Positions 41,777-52,210 of a DNA stretch of 64,000 nt are shown piece by piece. The stretch is taken from positions 147,941 to 211,940 of the forward strand of contig JBMNFY010000006.1 in NCBI GenBank assembly GCA_050949565.1. Reading direction: 5' to 3'. Every line of letters begins with the position of its first letter. The first letter of the stretch is position 1. The position numbers were made by a program, and so were the translations under genes. Below the pieces are notes generated by a model, which ran no database searches, had not been told where the DNA came from, and saw only the letters and a program-made list of their open reading frames with translations. The stretch comes from Kiritimatiellia bacterium (GTDB lineage Bacteria; Verrucomicrobiota; Kiritimatiellia; RFP12; UBA1067).

Positions 41777-43225
41777 AAGGAGTTTCCCCAAAAAATCTGG
41801 TCATTCCAGAAAGACCAGTCCGAGCGGGTTTGATTCGGGGTCTGGCGGCTTGTAGCCGTACCATTTCCCGTGGCGCGTGAAGAGCCTCCCGAGGCCGTCG
41901 GCGACGGCGTAGTGGAGGAACTCGGCCACGCCGTAGATGCGCTTGGCGGCGTGGGTGATGTTGGTCGTCAGGATCTCGCAGCGCAGCCGTCCGGCCAGCC
42001 AGACGCAGTTGAAGTAGATGACGGCCAGCAGCAGAGCGACCATGTTTTTCAGGCGCCGGTACGTCAGGACCCGGATGTCCTCGAGGTTGTAGCTCTGCTT
42101 GACGAAGCGGATCGCGTCCTCGACGCGCCACCGCGTCAGATAGCCCTCGACGACCTGCCACAGGGACTTGCGCGACGTCGTCCCGGCCAGCGTGGTCAGC
42201 AGGAGCATCGGCCGCTCGCCGAACCCCTTCACCACGACCATGCGCAGGGGCTTGTCGGGCCTCTGCGGCAGGGCGACGGTCATGGCGCCGAACTCCAGCT
42301 TATAGCTTTTCACCCCGTCCCCCGTCTCCCTCGTGACGATCTCGATGTGCTTCATGGGGCAGGATGCCGCCAGTTCTTCGGCCAGCGCGGTCCGCCGGCC
42401 GTGGAGCAGGTTGCGGTTGCCCACGAGGCGCACGATGTAGTCCAGTTTGCGCCGGTCCAGGCCGTCGAACAGCCAGTCTCCGTCGCCTCCGCGGTCGATG
42501 ACGTAGATGCCGCGCTTCTTCGCGCGGGAGCTGATCTGGTCGATGACGCCGAGCACCTCGTCGTTCTGGCTGATGAAGCCCTCCGCCTCGCTCGACCACA
42601 GCCGCATGTGCAACGGCGTGATCCGGCGGCCGCCGCTCTCGCAGGCGACCGCCAGGCAGGCGCTGTATCCGTTGCCGATCTCCCCCGTGCTCCCGTCCCG
42701 GACGCGGGCGAGATATTCCATCTTCTTCGCGTACAGCTTACGGATGTCGGTCGGGTCGATGACGATCAGCGTGTCCTGATGGACGTGACGCGAGCCCAGA
42801 CGGGCGACAGCGTCGGAAATCCCCTGCTCGATGCCCTCGCTCCCGAGCATCCGGCTCAGCCTGTCCTCCAGTTTCTTCATCGATATCGGCTCGTCGAGCG
42901 CGCGGGCGATCCGGCTGAGCTTCACGTCCTGCGACGCCTGTATCCCGTAGACCATGTCGCCCACGAACTTGCCGAGCGGCTTGGAAAACCGGGGGGAAAG
43001 TTCCCCCAAAAAATTCTTGAGTTGCTCTCGCGCTTTGAACGCCGTTGCGCTATGATTCACGTCGGTTTTCCTTTCCGGTTTTTGGTTTTTGGTTGAACCG
43101 CCATTTTGGCAGAACCGGCGGAGGAAAACCACTTTTTCACTTTCAGGCACGCCCGTCAGAGACGCATCCCCTTTGTTTTCAAGGACTTAGATATAATTGC
43201 CCCCGATTTTTTGGGGAAAGTCCTT
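41777..43225 (-). mobile_element. Insertion sequence (IS4-like DDE), 1449 bp, 10-bp target duplication
   Basis: Terminal IRs AAGGA(G/C)TTTCCCCAAAAAATC; direct repeats GTGGGATTCG at 41767-41776 and 43226-43235. Confidence 0.93.
41801..43060 (-). CDS. DDE transposase (IS4 superfamily)
   Basis: IVIDPTDI, VIDRGGD, YLTRWRVEDAIRFVKQ (Y-2-R-3-E-6-K signature); GTG start with an upstream RBS. Confidence 0.9.
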   Translation of the reverse strand: MNHSATAFKAREQLKNFLGELSPRFSKPLGKFVGDMVYGIQASQDVKLSRIARALDEPISMKKLEDRLSRMLGSEGIEQGISDAVARLGSRHVHQDTLIVIDPTDIRKLYAKKMEYLARVRDGSTGEIGNGYSACLAVACESGGRRITPLHMRLWSSEAEGFISQNDEVLGVIDQISSRAKKRGIYVIDRGGDGDWLFDGLDRRKLDYIVRLVGNRNLLHGRRTALAEELAASCPMKHIEIVTRETGDGVKSYKLEFGAMTVALPQRPDKPLRMVVVKGFGERPMLLLTTLAGTTSRKSLWQVVEGYLTRWRVEDAIRFVKQSYNLEDIRVLTYRRLKNMVALLLAVIYFNCVWLAGRLRCEILTTNITHAAKRIYGVAEFLHYAVADGLGRLFTRHGKWYGYKPPDPESNPLGLVFLE

Positions 43226-45101
43226 GTGGGATTCGGAGGAGTGCCCGAAACTGATGGAAGAACTTGGGCTCAACTGGCTTTTATGCCGCTTCTACAAGGG
43301 CATGGGATGGGAGGAGGAGAAAAAGGATTTCCCGAACGTCAAGCGCTTCGTGGAGAATTGTCATAAGCACGGGGTGAAGGCGGTCGCCTACGTGCAGTTC
43401 TCGACAATCTACCCCGAGACGATGAAGCGTGAAATCCCCAACCTGGAGGAGTGGGCCGCGCGACGCAGCGATGGACAAATCTATTACTACTCCAGATATT
43501 TCCGCTGGGAGCCTTGCTTCAATGAGCCCGCCTTCGAGGAGTATCTCAAGAAGGTGATCCGCATCGCGCTTACCGAGGGCGGCTTCGACGGCATCTTCTT
43601 TGACAACGCCTATATGAAGCCGTGCTTCTGTAGCCGTTGCCAGAAGCTGTTCCACGAACACCTGATGACGATCAAAAATCCGGCGGACCGCTTTGGCTTC
43701 GATTCGTTAGACTGTTTCGGGATGCCGGAGTACGCGGCGCTGCCTTGGGGCGAAGTGCGCGAGCCGCTCTTGCAGGAGTTCAACGTGTGGCGCACGAAGC
43801 GTATGACGGCGCTCTTCAAGCGCTTCTACGACTATGCTCATTCGGTGAAACGTGACTGCGTGGTCGCCGCAAACATCTGTCCTTACCGTGCCCCCAATAC
43901 CGTAGGCAACAAGTCTGTGGACATGACGGAGCTTCCGAAGTGCTTTGACCTCGTGATGGGGCAGGCCAACATGTATCCGCACCTCGAAGGCGATGTGATC
44001 GTCAACCGCGTGCGCGATCTGAAATATGCGCGGGAGTTTCCGGCCACCTACTTCGCCTCGTGCGACGGTGCCGCAGGCGACAGCCAGAACGAAATTGAAG
44101 AGACGTATCTGCTGCCGATGGTTGAGGACGTTGTTTTCGGCGGCGTGCCGGCTGACCGCACGATCATGGCCCCCTATGCCGATCCGGACGGGGGGTTCAT
44201 CAATCGACAGCGTCTCGCGCGGCGTCGGCCCCAGCTTGTCGCGTTCCAGAAGTTTGTGAAGGCGAATCGTGCGTTGTTCGCCGCGAAGGACTGGATGCCT
44301 GTGCGTTTGCTCGTGTCGGGACCGTCGATGCTCCATTCTCAGCTTTCGCATGAGTCGCTTCTGGCTGCTGAGGGCGCGGCGTTGAGAGGGCATGTACCGT
44401 TCGGCTATTCGATCTCTACCGAGGCGAATCCGTTGCCGCATGCGGAGGATGCCGCGGTGATCGTTGTGGCGAATCAGACATGCCTCTCGGATGCGCAGGT
44501 CGCTGCGCTTGTTTCCTATGCGAAGAAAGGGGGACGCCTCGTCTGCACCGGCGAGTCGGGGCGTTATGACGAGTGGAACCGCCAGCGCCACACGAACCCG
44601 CTCAAAGCCGCAGTTGCGAAGTTGCCGAATGTCGCATGGCGCGATAAAGCCGATTCCGCCAAGATGAAATACCTGACGCACATCAAGTACGCGATATACC
44701 GCCCCGTGGAGGGGTCCGCGCCGTTTCTCGCCGACCTCGCCAAAACCGGCTGGAAGCCGTCCGTGGAGGTTGTCGCCGCGCCGGAGACGGTGTTCGCTCA
44801 ATTCAAGGTCGCCGGGACCGACGTCGCTTCGGTGCACTTCGTTAACTACGAGTTTCTGCATCCGGTAAAAGGTGTGCGGCTGCGTCTTCCGGCGGGTAAG
44901 AAGCCCGTATTCTTCGCTCCGCTTGACGATCCCGCCGCAACCGATCCACCACGCGAGGTTTCGCCCGGCGTCTGGGAGTTGCCGCCGTTCGTCAAGTATG
45001 CGTATTGCACGATTAACAGTAAAGGAGGGTGATATGCGATCAAAAAGAAAGTTGGCCGCACGTGCGGCTTTTTGGCTCAAAAAAGAGAACAGGAGTGCGT
45101 A

Positions 45102-46655
45102 ATGAAAATGACAAGCCGACGCAGTTTTATGGTGGGGACAGCCCAATTAACGGGCCTGTTGACGGCGGGGTTGAATCTTAGGGCGGGAACCGGTGGAGAG
45201 ACCAAATCTTCCAACCTGCCCATTGATATCTGGCCCAAGCTTAAACCTAAGCTTTGTGCCGAGGCGGACAAGAAGGTCGTCAAGTTAACGCCGGGTTCAC
45301 AAATAACTCTTGATGCCGCCAACGGTGTGCTGGCTCCCGACATCAGGAGCGTGTCGGTTCAGTCTGTCGGCGACAAGACCGCAGTTATTCCGTCCGAGGG
45401 CTTTCTTACGTTTGCGCTGGATGTCGCTGAACCGTTGTACGTGACCGGCACCGCATCTGTCGTGCCCGACGGTGACTTGCGCCCGGGGCTGCGCTTCTAC
45501 GTGCTGTCCGATGACACAGTCGTTGCCGCGCCCATGGTTGCTGCGCCTGCCTGGGTGGGCGTCGGCAATGCTGGGACCGGCCCCGCGCCCGACTGCAGAG
45601 GGACGAACCCCCCTGATGCCGTGCCGTTGGTGAAATGGTTCCTCTCCAAGGGCCGACATTACATCACTGTCGCCGGACCACATTTCCGTCCCGGCGGGAC
45701 TTTCAAGCGCTTGGAGATCACCGCACTCAACAACAACGTGGAGAATCCGCAGTATCAGTTCGCCCTTGTGGCTGATTCCCACTTGAGCCTGGGGAAGCGG
45801 TATAAGTGGACAAACGTGATCATGACTGAGCCCAGCATTGCGAAAGAGTTGGCCGCCACGTTTAAAGCTCTTCGGGAGGAGGGTGTCGATTTTGCCATGT
45901 TTGCCGGTGACATGACCAACAGCGCGACCCGCGATCAGTTCCAACAGCTCGCAGATGTTTTAGATGAATCCAAGATGCCGTGCTATGGCTGCGTTGGCAA
46001 TCACGATGCCTACCATAAAACGTCCCGGCCAGATCAGCTCGAACTTTTACCGGGAATGTTTCCGGGAGTGGCAACCGACTATATCCTTTACAAGCGGCCT
46101 CTCCGTTTTATCGTGTTGGACGGTTCCTTCTGGAAGCACAAAGACGGAAAATTCCATGACTTTTATGACAAGAAACAATCCGTTGGCATCGGGATGAAAC
46201 CCGAGCAGATTGAGTGGCTGCAATGGGCTCTGGCCAGCGATGTAACCACCCCGACGGTGATTGTCTCGCATTATGCGTTTAAGGTTAACAATGACGTCTC
46301 CTCTGCTGGATTTAATCTCGCGAAAACTCCCCCGGCCTCTGTAGGCCCCAAAGTCATGGAACTTTTGAGCAAGGCACCTAATGTCGTTGCGACACTGAAC
46401 GGCCATACGCACTGGAATGAACTGGCGTCGCATGGAGACATCCAATGCATTCAAAACGCCGCTTTCGCTGAGTGGCCCTGCATGTACCGGGTTTTCCGTG
46501 TCTATGCAGATCGGGTGGAATGGGAAGTCCGGCAGGCAGGGAACCGCGGCCTAATATGCGAAGCCTGTCTGCCTGAAAAAGCGCTTACCTGGATGATTTC
46601 TACCCACGCGGGAGATCTGGCAGGAGAGGTTCGGTTTCGTGCGGGAAACAAATGA
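45102..46655 (+). CDS. Tat-exported calcineurin-like metallophosphoesterase
   Basis: SRRSFM Tat motif; ADSHL, AGDMT, GNHD, SHY, NGHTH. Confidence 0.88.
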   Translation: MKMTSRRSFMVGTAQLTGLLTAGLNLRAGTGGETKSSNLPIDIWPKLKPKLCAEADKKVVKLTPGSQITLDAANGVLAPDIRSVSVQSVGDKTAVIPSEGFLTFALDVAEPLYVTGTASVVPDGDLRPGLRFYVLSDDTVVAAPMVAAPAWVGVGNAGTGPAPDCRGTNPPDAVPLVKWFLSKGRHYITVAGPHFRPGGTFKRLEITALNNNVENPQYQFALVADSHLSLGKRYKWTNVIMTEPSIAKELAATFKALREEGVDFAMFAGDMTNSATRDQFQQLADVLDESKMPCYGCVGNHDAYHKTSRPDQLELLPGMFPGVATDYILYKRPLRFIVLDGSFWKHKDGKFHDFYDKKQSVGIGMKPEQIEWLQWALASDVTTPTVIVSHYAFKVNNDVSSAGFNLAKTPPASVGPKVMELLSKAPNVVATLNGHTHWNELASHGDIQCIQNAAFAEWPCMYRVFRVYADRVEWEVRQAGNRGLICEACLPEKALTWMISTHAGDLAGEVRFRAGNK

Positions 46656-46736
46656 TCTTCGCGTACCCTCTGTCACTAACCGATTACTTGTTTTGGTGTG
46701 ACGGGTATTGAAAAACGGCCGGAGTTGTCCTATCCT
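46655..46736 (+). promoter_or_regulatory. Second copy of the conserved motif plus promoter
   Basis: ATCTTCGC..CTGTCACTAACCGATTAC (46655-46687); TTGAAA at 46708, 17-bp spacer, TATCCT at 46731. Confidence 0.55.
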
Positions 46737-46813
46737 TAAATCGACCCGTTCGCGTTCCGTCACAATGGACGGACGGCGGGGAGTGTCAAAATCATGAAAC
46801 TGGGAGAGACAAC

Positions 46814-47686
46814 ATGAGTATGCAGGGAACAGTTTTTTCACGTCGTTCTTTCATGGGAGGCTTGGCAGCCGCAGGCGCGGTGCCGCTCTTGCCGGGGTGC
46901 CGTTCGATGTGTGCGGGCAAGGGGCCGTGCTCGAAGTTTGGCGGGGTGCAGGTCGGCGTGATTACCTACAGCTATCGTTCGATGCCCGACAAGAGTGCCG
47001 AGGCGGTGTTGAAGCAGGTTGTGGACAGTGGCATCAATTCGATCGAGTTGATGGGGGACGTGGTTGAGAAGTACGCCGGCTCGTCGCTGGAAAAGGTCGC
47101 GGATCTGCGTAAGATGTATGCGGATGCCGGGGTCGGCATTCATATCGTCAAGTTCGGCAATATCGGTGACAAGAATTGCACGGACGAACGAATCGCTTAT
47201 TACTTCAACGTAGCCAAGGCACTGGGGGCCAAAGCCATCACGCGCGAAATCTCGGAAGAGGCGGCTAAGCGTGTCGGTCCGATGGCGGACCAGCACGGCG
47301 TGAAGGTGGCGTTCCACAACCATACGCAGATCAACGCGACAACCTATGACGGACCGATCCTGTCGTATGGCAAGAACCTCGCGATCAATCTCGATATCGG
47401 CCACTATGTGGCGGCGAACGACGATTGCGTGCTGGCGGTCATTAAGAAATACCACGACCGTATCTTCAGCCTGCATCTCAAGGACCGCAAGCGCAAGGCG
47501 AACAAGGGCACCAACATGCCGTTCGGTCAAGGCGACACGCCGATCATCGAGGCGCTGCAATTGCTCAAGAAAAACAAGTGGCGCATCTACGCCGACATTG
47601 AACTGGAGTACCCGATACCGCAAGGTTCGGACGCCGTGCAGGAAGTGGCCAAGTGCGTGCAGTACTGCAAGCAGGCCCTGATCTAA
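46814..47686 (+). CDS. Tat-exported sugar phosphate isomerase/epimerase (xylose-isomerase-like TIM barrel)
   Basis: SRRSFM; ITYSYR, AFHNH, NLDIGH, LHLKD, PFGQGD, DIELEY. Confidence 0.9.
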   Translation: MSMQGTVFSRRSFMGGLAAAGAVPLLPGCRSMCAGKGPCSKFGGVQVGVITYSYRSMPDKSAEAVLKQVVDSGINSIELMGDVVEKYAGSSLEKVADLRKMYADAGVGIHIVKFGNIGDKNCTDERIAYYFNVAKALGAKAITREISEEAAKRVGPMADQHGVKVAFHNHTQINATTYDGPILSYGKNLAINLDIGHYVAANDDCVLAVIKKYHDRIFSLHLKDRKRKANKGTNMPFGQGDTPIIEALQLLKKNKWRIYADIELEYPIPQGSDAVQEVAKCVQYCKQALI

Positions 47687-47736
47687 ACCGGCGACATCGC
47701 GCACGCCGGTCGCACAACAAAAGTAGAGGTGTGGCA

Positions 47737-50004
47737 ATGAACACATGGGGAATTCGTTTGGTGCGGTTGTCAGCGATCTGCTTGCTCTATGTGAGTGCGG
47801 CCGCGTGCGCATACTCGGTTGATGGGGTCAACACGGTGAACGGGGTTTCGAACGCGGTTCCGCCCGGTTATGTGCCGCCGCTGGTCAGTAACGGCAGCCT
47901 CTGCTTGCAGGTCGATCAGACCGGCGGCCAATTGCAGCAGGCCTACGTCAATATGGTGCCCACGATCTTCTGGGCAGGACGTCGTTACGATCCGCCAGCT
48001 TCGCGCCTGGTCCCGTTCGGCCATTTTGACTGGTGGCTCGAAGCCGATGGCCAGCCGTGTCCGGTGCCGGCGGCGTGGTCGCAGACGCTGGATACGCGCG
48101 CCGGGGTCGTGGGTTGCCGCAGTCATTTCGGGCAGGGCGTGGAGGTGGAGACGACCGTTTTCACGCCGCTGGGACGCGATCTGATTGTGCTGCAGCGCCG
48201 CTACCGTTCTGCCGATGGACAACCGCACCGTGTGCGCGCGGCGTTTGCATACGCGTTTTCCGAGCCGCGCAAGAGCGAGGGCTTTCCGCGGCGCGTGACC
48301 GGCACAAGTGTTGGGGATGAGTCCGCGCGTTGTGCGCGCATCACGTATCAGGCCGACGGTTATCCGGCCAGTTCCGGGATCGTGACGCTCGCCGCCGATA
48401 CGCCAGTCACAATCAAAGCCGATGGTGCGCGGGTTGAACTGGCTTTCGAGGGCAGCGTGAGTGAAGGACAATCGCTCGTGCAGACCATCTACCTGATTTT
48501 TACCGACTCGCTCGACGGCAAGGATGTTGAAGCGCGCGAGCAAAAGATGCGGGCCGAAATACTTGCACTGGGATACGACGCGCTCTTGGCTGAACAACGG
48601 GCGGCGTGGGCCGCGTATTGGGAGCGCTCATTTGTGCGACTGCCCGAAGCCGCGCTGATGCGTATGTATACCACCGCGCAATACCACCTGCGTGCCAATG
48701 CCACCCGGTGGTCGTTTCCGGTCGGTCTCTTCAACACGCACTGGGCCGGACGTTATTTCGGTTGGGATGAAATGTTCTGCTATCAAGCGCTGGAAAGCAG
48801 CAACCGGCCTGATCTGGCACGCCGCTGTCCTGAGTTTCGTTTCAAGGGGTTGAAAAAAGCGCTGTACCGCAAAGCGCACTACGGGCGTCCCGGTCTGTTC
48901 GGCGCACATTATCCGTGGGAAGCACTGGAAGACGGTGCCGAGGGCGCGCCGCCTTATGGGTTTTGGGCCGATCACATCTTTCACATGTCCAACATCGCCC
49001 TATCGGCTTGGCATCACTATCTTTACACGGGAGACGCCGACTACCTGTCGAAAGTCGGCTATCCGGTCATCAAAGAGTGCGCGCGCTTCTTCTTGGCGAA
49101 CATGATCTACGAATGGCCCGACGGCTCGATGATTATTGGCAAGTGCACCGACTTGGAGAGGCTGGGTACATCGCGCCTCAATCCCTTCCTTACCTCCTGT
49201 GGCGCGATCTATACGCTGGAGTCGGCGGCGGCCGGGGCCGAACTGCTCAAGCTCGATTCTGATGAGGCCGCGTCTTGGCGTCATGCCGCGTTAAAGTTGC
49301 GTGAAAGCCTGCCGCACGAGAACGGACGTTATGTACCCTACAAAGGGTGTGCGGAAGAGAGCGTGGCCTCGATGGGCGGACTCTTCCCGTATCCGCTCTT
49401 CGACGAGACGAACGAGTTGCAACGAAACGCGGCCTACCATTTTGTGCAGCACGGCCGAGCGTTCGGCAACATGTATCAGGTGGGCTCCTCCGTGTGCGCG
49501 TGGTATCTGGGTTGGATGGCGGCGGCGCTGGCTGAACTGGGCGATACGGTCGAGCCGGCGCGCATGTTGCGGGAAGCGGCGAATGGCGCGGGATGCTTCG
49601 GTGAGATGTTTGAAATCAACGAGGAAAAGGTGCGTCGTTGTCCCTGGTTTTCCACGGCCTCCGGTAACGTCGTCTACGCGCTCAACCAGATGCTGGTACA
49701 AAACCGCGAAGGGCGCATCCTGCTTGCGCGCGGCGTACCTGCGGCGTGGCGGGATTACGCCTTCAAACTCGCTTGCCACGGCAATCTGACCGTGGAGGCA
49801 GAGGTCAAGGACGGCCGTCTTGCACGGCTGGCGCTACTGCCGGGCGATCCCTCGCGCGAGCAGCGGCGGACCGTCATACTGCCCGCCGGTCTTGCCGAAC
49901 ACGTCACGTTCGACAAGGCGTCGGTCCTCAACGTCACGCGGCAGGATGGGGGCGTGCGGCTGGAGGTTCTTGTCAAAGGCCCTGTTGAGCTGGTGCAAAG
50001 ATGA
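47737..50004 (+). CDS. Secreted GH65/GH95-like glycoside hydrolase
   Basis: AWAAYWERS..AQYHL, WAGRYFGWDE, GAHYPWE, WHHYLYTGDADYL..GYPVIKECARF; (alpha/alpha)6-type motifs. Confidence 0.8.
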   Translation: MNTWGIRLVRLSAICLLYVSAAACAYSVDGVNTVNGVSNAVPPGYVPPLVSNGSLCLQVDQTGGQLQQAYVNMVPTIFWAGRRYDPPASRLVPFGHFDWWLEADGQPCPVPAAWSQTLDTRAGVVGCRSHFGQGVEVETTVFTPLGRDLIVLQRRYRSADGQPHRVRAAFAYAFSEPRKSEGFPRRVTGTSVGDESARCARITYQADGYPASSGIVTLAADTPVTIKADGARVELAFEGSVSEGQSLVQTIYLIFTDSLDGKDVEAREQKMRAEILALGYDALLAEQRAAWAAYWERSFVRLPEAALMRMYTTAQYHLRANATRWSFPVGLFNTHWAGRYFGWDEMFCYQALESSNRPDLARRCPEFRFKGLKKALYRKAHYGRPGLFGAHYPWEALEDGAEGAPPYGFWADHIFHMSNIALSAWHHYLYTGDADYLSKVGYPVIKECARFFLANMIYEWPDGSMIIGKCTDLERLGTSRLNPFLTSCGAIYTLESAAAGAELLKLDSDEAASWRHAALKLRESLPHENGRYVPYKGCAEESVASMGGLFPYPLFDETNELQRNAAYHFVQHGRAFGNMYQVGSSVCAWYLGWMAAALAELGDTVEPARMLREAANGAGCFGEMFEINEEKVRRCPWFSTASGNVVYALNQMLVQNREGRILLARGVPAAWRDYAFKLACHGNLTVEAEVKDGRLARLALLPGDPSREQRRTVILPAGLAEHVTFDKASVLNVTRQDGGVRLEVLVKGPVELVQR

Positions 50005-50342
50005 AAGCAATAAAAATCATCCATACGCTTGCTGCTTGGGTTGCCATTCTTGCCGCAAGCTTCTATGTTTTAGATGCGATTGCGGGCATACATTTTGCCA
50101 CAACGGTTGAGCGCCGTTTGGGGTTTCGATTGATGGTGCTAGCGGATGACCCAAGTCGGCTCCATCAGACGGTTGAAGATTTTTTCGTAGGACTGCCACC
50201 CCCGCAGACATTGCACAAAGAGATATTCGTGACGCGTCAATTGATGCAGAGATTGGCTTGTGATGGTTGTGTTCTTTTCCTTTCCGTGTTCGTGTGGCGC
50301 ATCACACGGACGAAAAAACGTCAGCCCGGCGACGCACCTTAA
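50001..50342 (+). CDS. Small hypothetical membrane protein
   Basis: Two hydrophobic segments; ATGA overlap with the upstream gene. Confidence 0.55.
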   Translation: MKAIKIIHTLAAWVAILAASFYVLDAIAGIHFATTVERRLGFRLMVLADDPSRLHQTVEDFFVGLPPPQTLHKEIFVTRQLMQRLACDGCVLFLSVFVWRITRTKKRQPGDAP

Positions 50343-50395
50343 CGTGCATAACCGCGTGCTACAGATCAATTTGACACGTGATGGTGGAGGAGCGT

Positions 50396-52210
50396 ATGGA
50401 CATTGTCAGCAGCGAGATCCTTGTGTGGGCATTGTTTGGTCTTGTCGTGGCACTTTTATTTGGATTTGACGCCGTCGCGGCTCGTCGACGTAAAAGACAA
50501 AGAGGTTCCAATCACGCCTCGCAAGCGACCTCGGCCACCGGAGAAGATCAGCCGTCTGCCGCTGATCTTGCTGATGCCCCAAACATGATCAAAGTCTATG
50601 ATGGCTATGGCCGCGAGATGTTCATTACCAAACAGCAGTGGCGGGACGGCATACTCCTCGATAATCTCAAGAAGCATCGCGATGATCCGGATCAACTCTA
50701 CGGGATGCTTGTCGGAGCGTTACAGGATGGATTTGCAGCAGACATAGTCGCCTTTGCGGAACACTTGCATCGTACAGACCCCGTCCCTTACAGGGGAACG
50801 ACCCTCCTCGCGATTGTTTATATGGAAAACAATCGACTAGATGAAGCAGAGAAGACGCTCACGGACTTCTTGTCCAAGCATGGCGATAATGGCGTGGTCC
50901 TTACCAATTTGGCAAAGATCTACAGTCGGCGGGGAGACGACAGTCGCGCTGAATCCACGCTTTGGCGCGGGTTGGAGCTTGACCCCAATCAAGACAACGG
51001 ACTTGATTGGTATGCAGCAATCTGTCGGGATCGCGGTGGCGAGGCCGAAGCGCTTGACGCTTATCGACGCGTGGCCAAACTGCCTCAAAGTTGGCGTGCC
51101 CAGCTTTGGTTGGCGCGGGATGCGTTGCAGCGTAAAGAGATCTCCGCTGCGATGGCCCTGTACGACGAAGCACTGGCAAAAGTTAAGACACCGGTGCCTG
51201 CGGACATGCTGATGCAGATGAGCGGCGACTTGGGCAACAACGGATATTTACAGGAAGCAATCCAACTCGTTGAGCCGTGTTTCGACCCCGCCATACATGG
51301 AGTGCTGGTTGGCAATAACCTCATCAAGACCAATTATGACCTTGGCCGCATTGACCGCGCACGGCATCTCCTGCATCAACTTTACGCGGAGAAACGTCCC
51401 GATTGGCAAGAGACGCTCAGGTATTGGGATACCGAATTGGCAAAGGCAGAGGTCGCCCAGCGCGCTCCCCAAAAACAGGAGCTCCCGTCCGTTGCGATGA
51501 TGTCGGTGGAGGGACCTCTGTGGTTGCGGTGCGGCTCGCCCTTTGCTGCACTTCTCCCATCCAAGAAGGATACGGCGCGATCGATTGCCATCCTCGGGAG
51601 TACCGTGCTACAAGCCGATCCTTCTGGGGAACCAAGAACGCAGATGAGCGACAATTCTGGGCGCATAAGCCGTGCTATCCCTCTTCTACTTGCGGAGAGA
51701 ATTCATCTCCAGACCGATGCGACAGGTATTGCTCTCATCCCCTGGGCACAGAATTTCGGTTTTGCCGTATTCGGCCGCCCCTATGACGACGGAGACATAT
51801 GCGACCTCGCGAAACAAAACGACCGTCCCCCTGATTTCTTAGTTGGACTCACCGTGGATGCCACGCAACCCACGTGGAACTTTTCGATTCGTTTGGTACG
51901 AGCGGCGGATGGCATCCGCATTGTCGAGATGCAGGTCGCATCGGATCCACAAGACCTTAGCTTAGCCGGCGAGCGAGTTGCCGAAATAACCCAACTTATG
52001 CTTGTGAAGCATGTCGGTGTCCGTACGATCCGTCCGCCCAAATGGTATCGTACTCCCACGGGGCCGGACTTCTTCAACTACCTCTTGCGGCTCGAACAGC
52101 AACTTGCGGTCACCTGCATGAATCTAGATTTTCTTGAGGGCGGCGGATTGATTGGCGAGCATGAGATCCTAGACGGTATTATCCGAGGCTCTTGCAAAAC
52201 CCCCTCGTGA
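50396..52210 (+). pseudogene. Membrane-anchored TPR protein, 3' end truncated by an IS
   Basis: TPR-like repeats (LAIVYME..LDEAEKTL, VLTNLAKIY..GLELDPNQ). The last codons (GSCKTPS*) are encoded by the IS inverted repeat starting at 52185. Confidence 0.75.

Larger units (their letters stand above)
41483..45032 (+). pseudogene. Glycoside-hydrolase-like protein (GH42-like barrel plus trimerisation-like domain) interrupted by an IS
   Basis: 41483-41776 (..KWWDS) joins in frame to 43236-45032 (EECPK..) once the IS and one TSD copy are removed, giving ~696 aa. Motifs PCFNEP, FDGIFFDN, CFCSRCQKLF, CLSDAQVAAL..GGRLVCTG. Confidence 0.85.
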
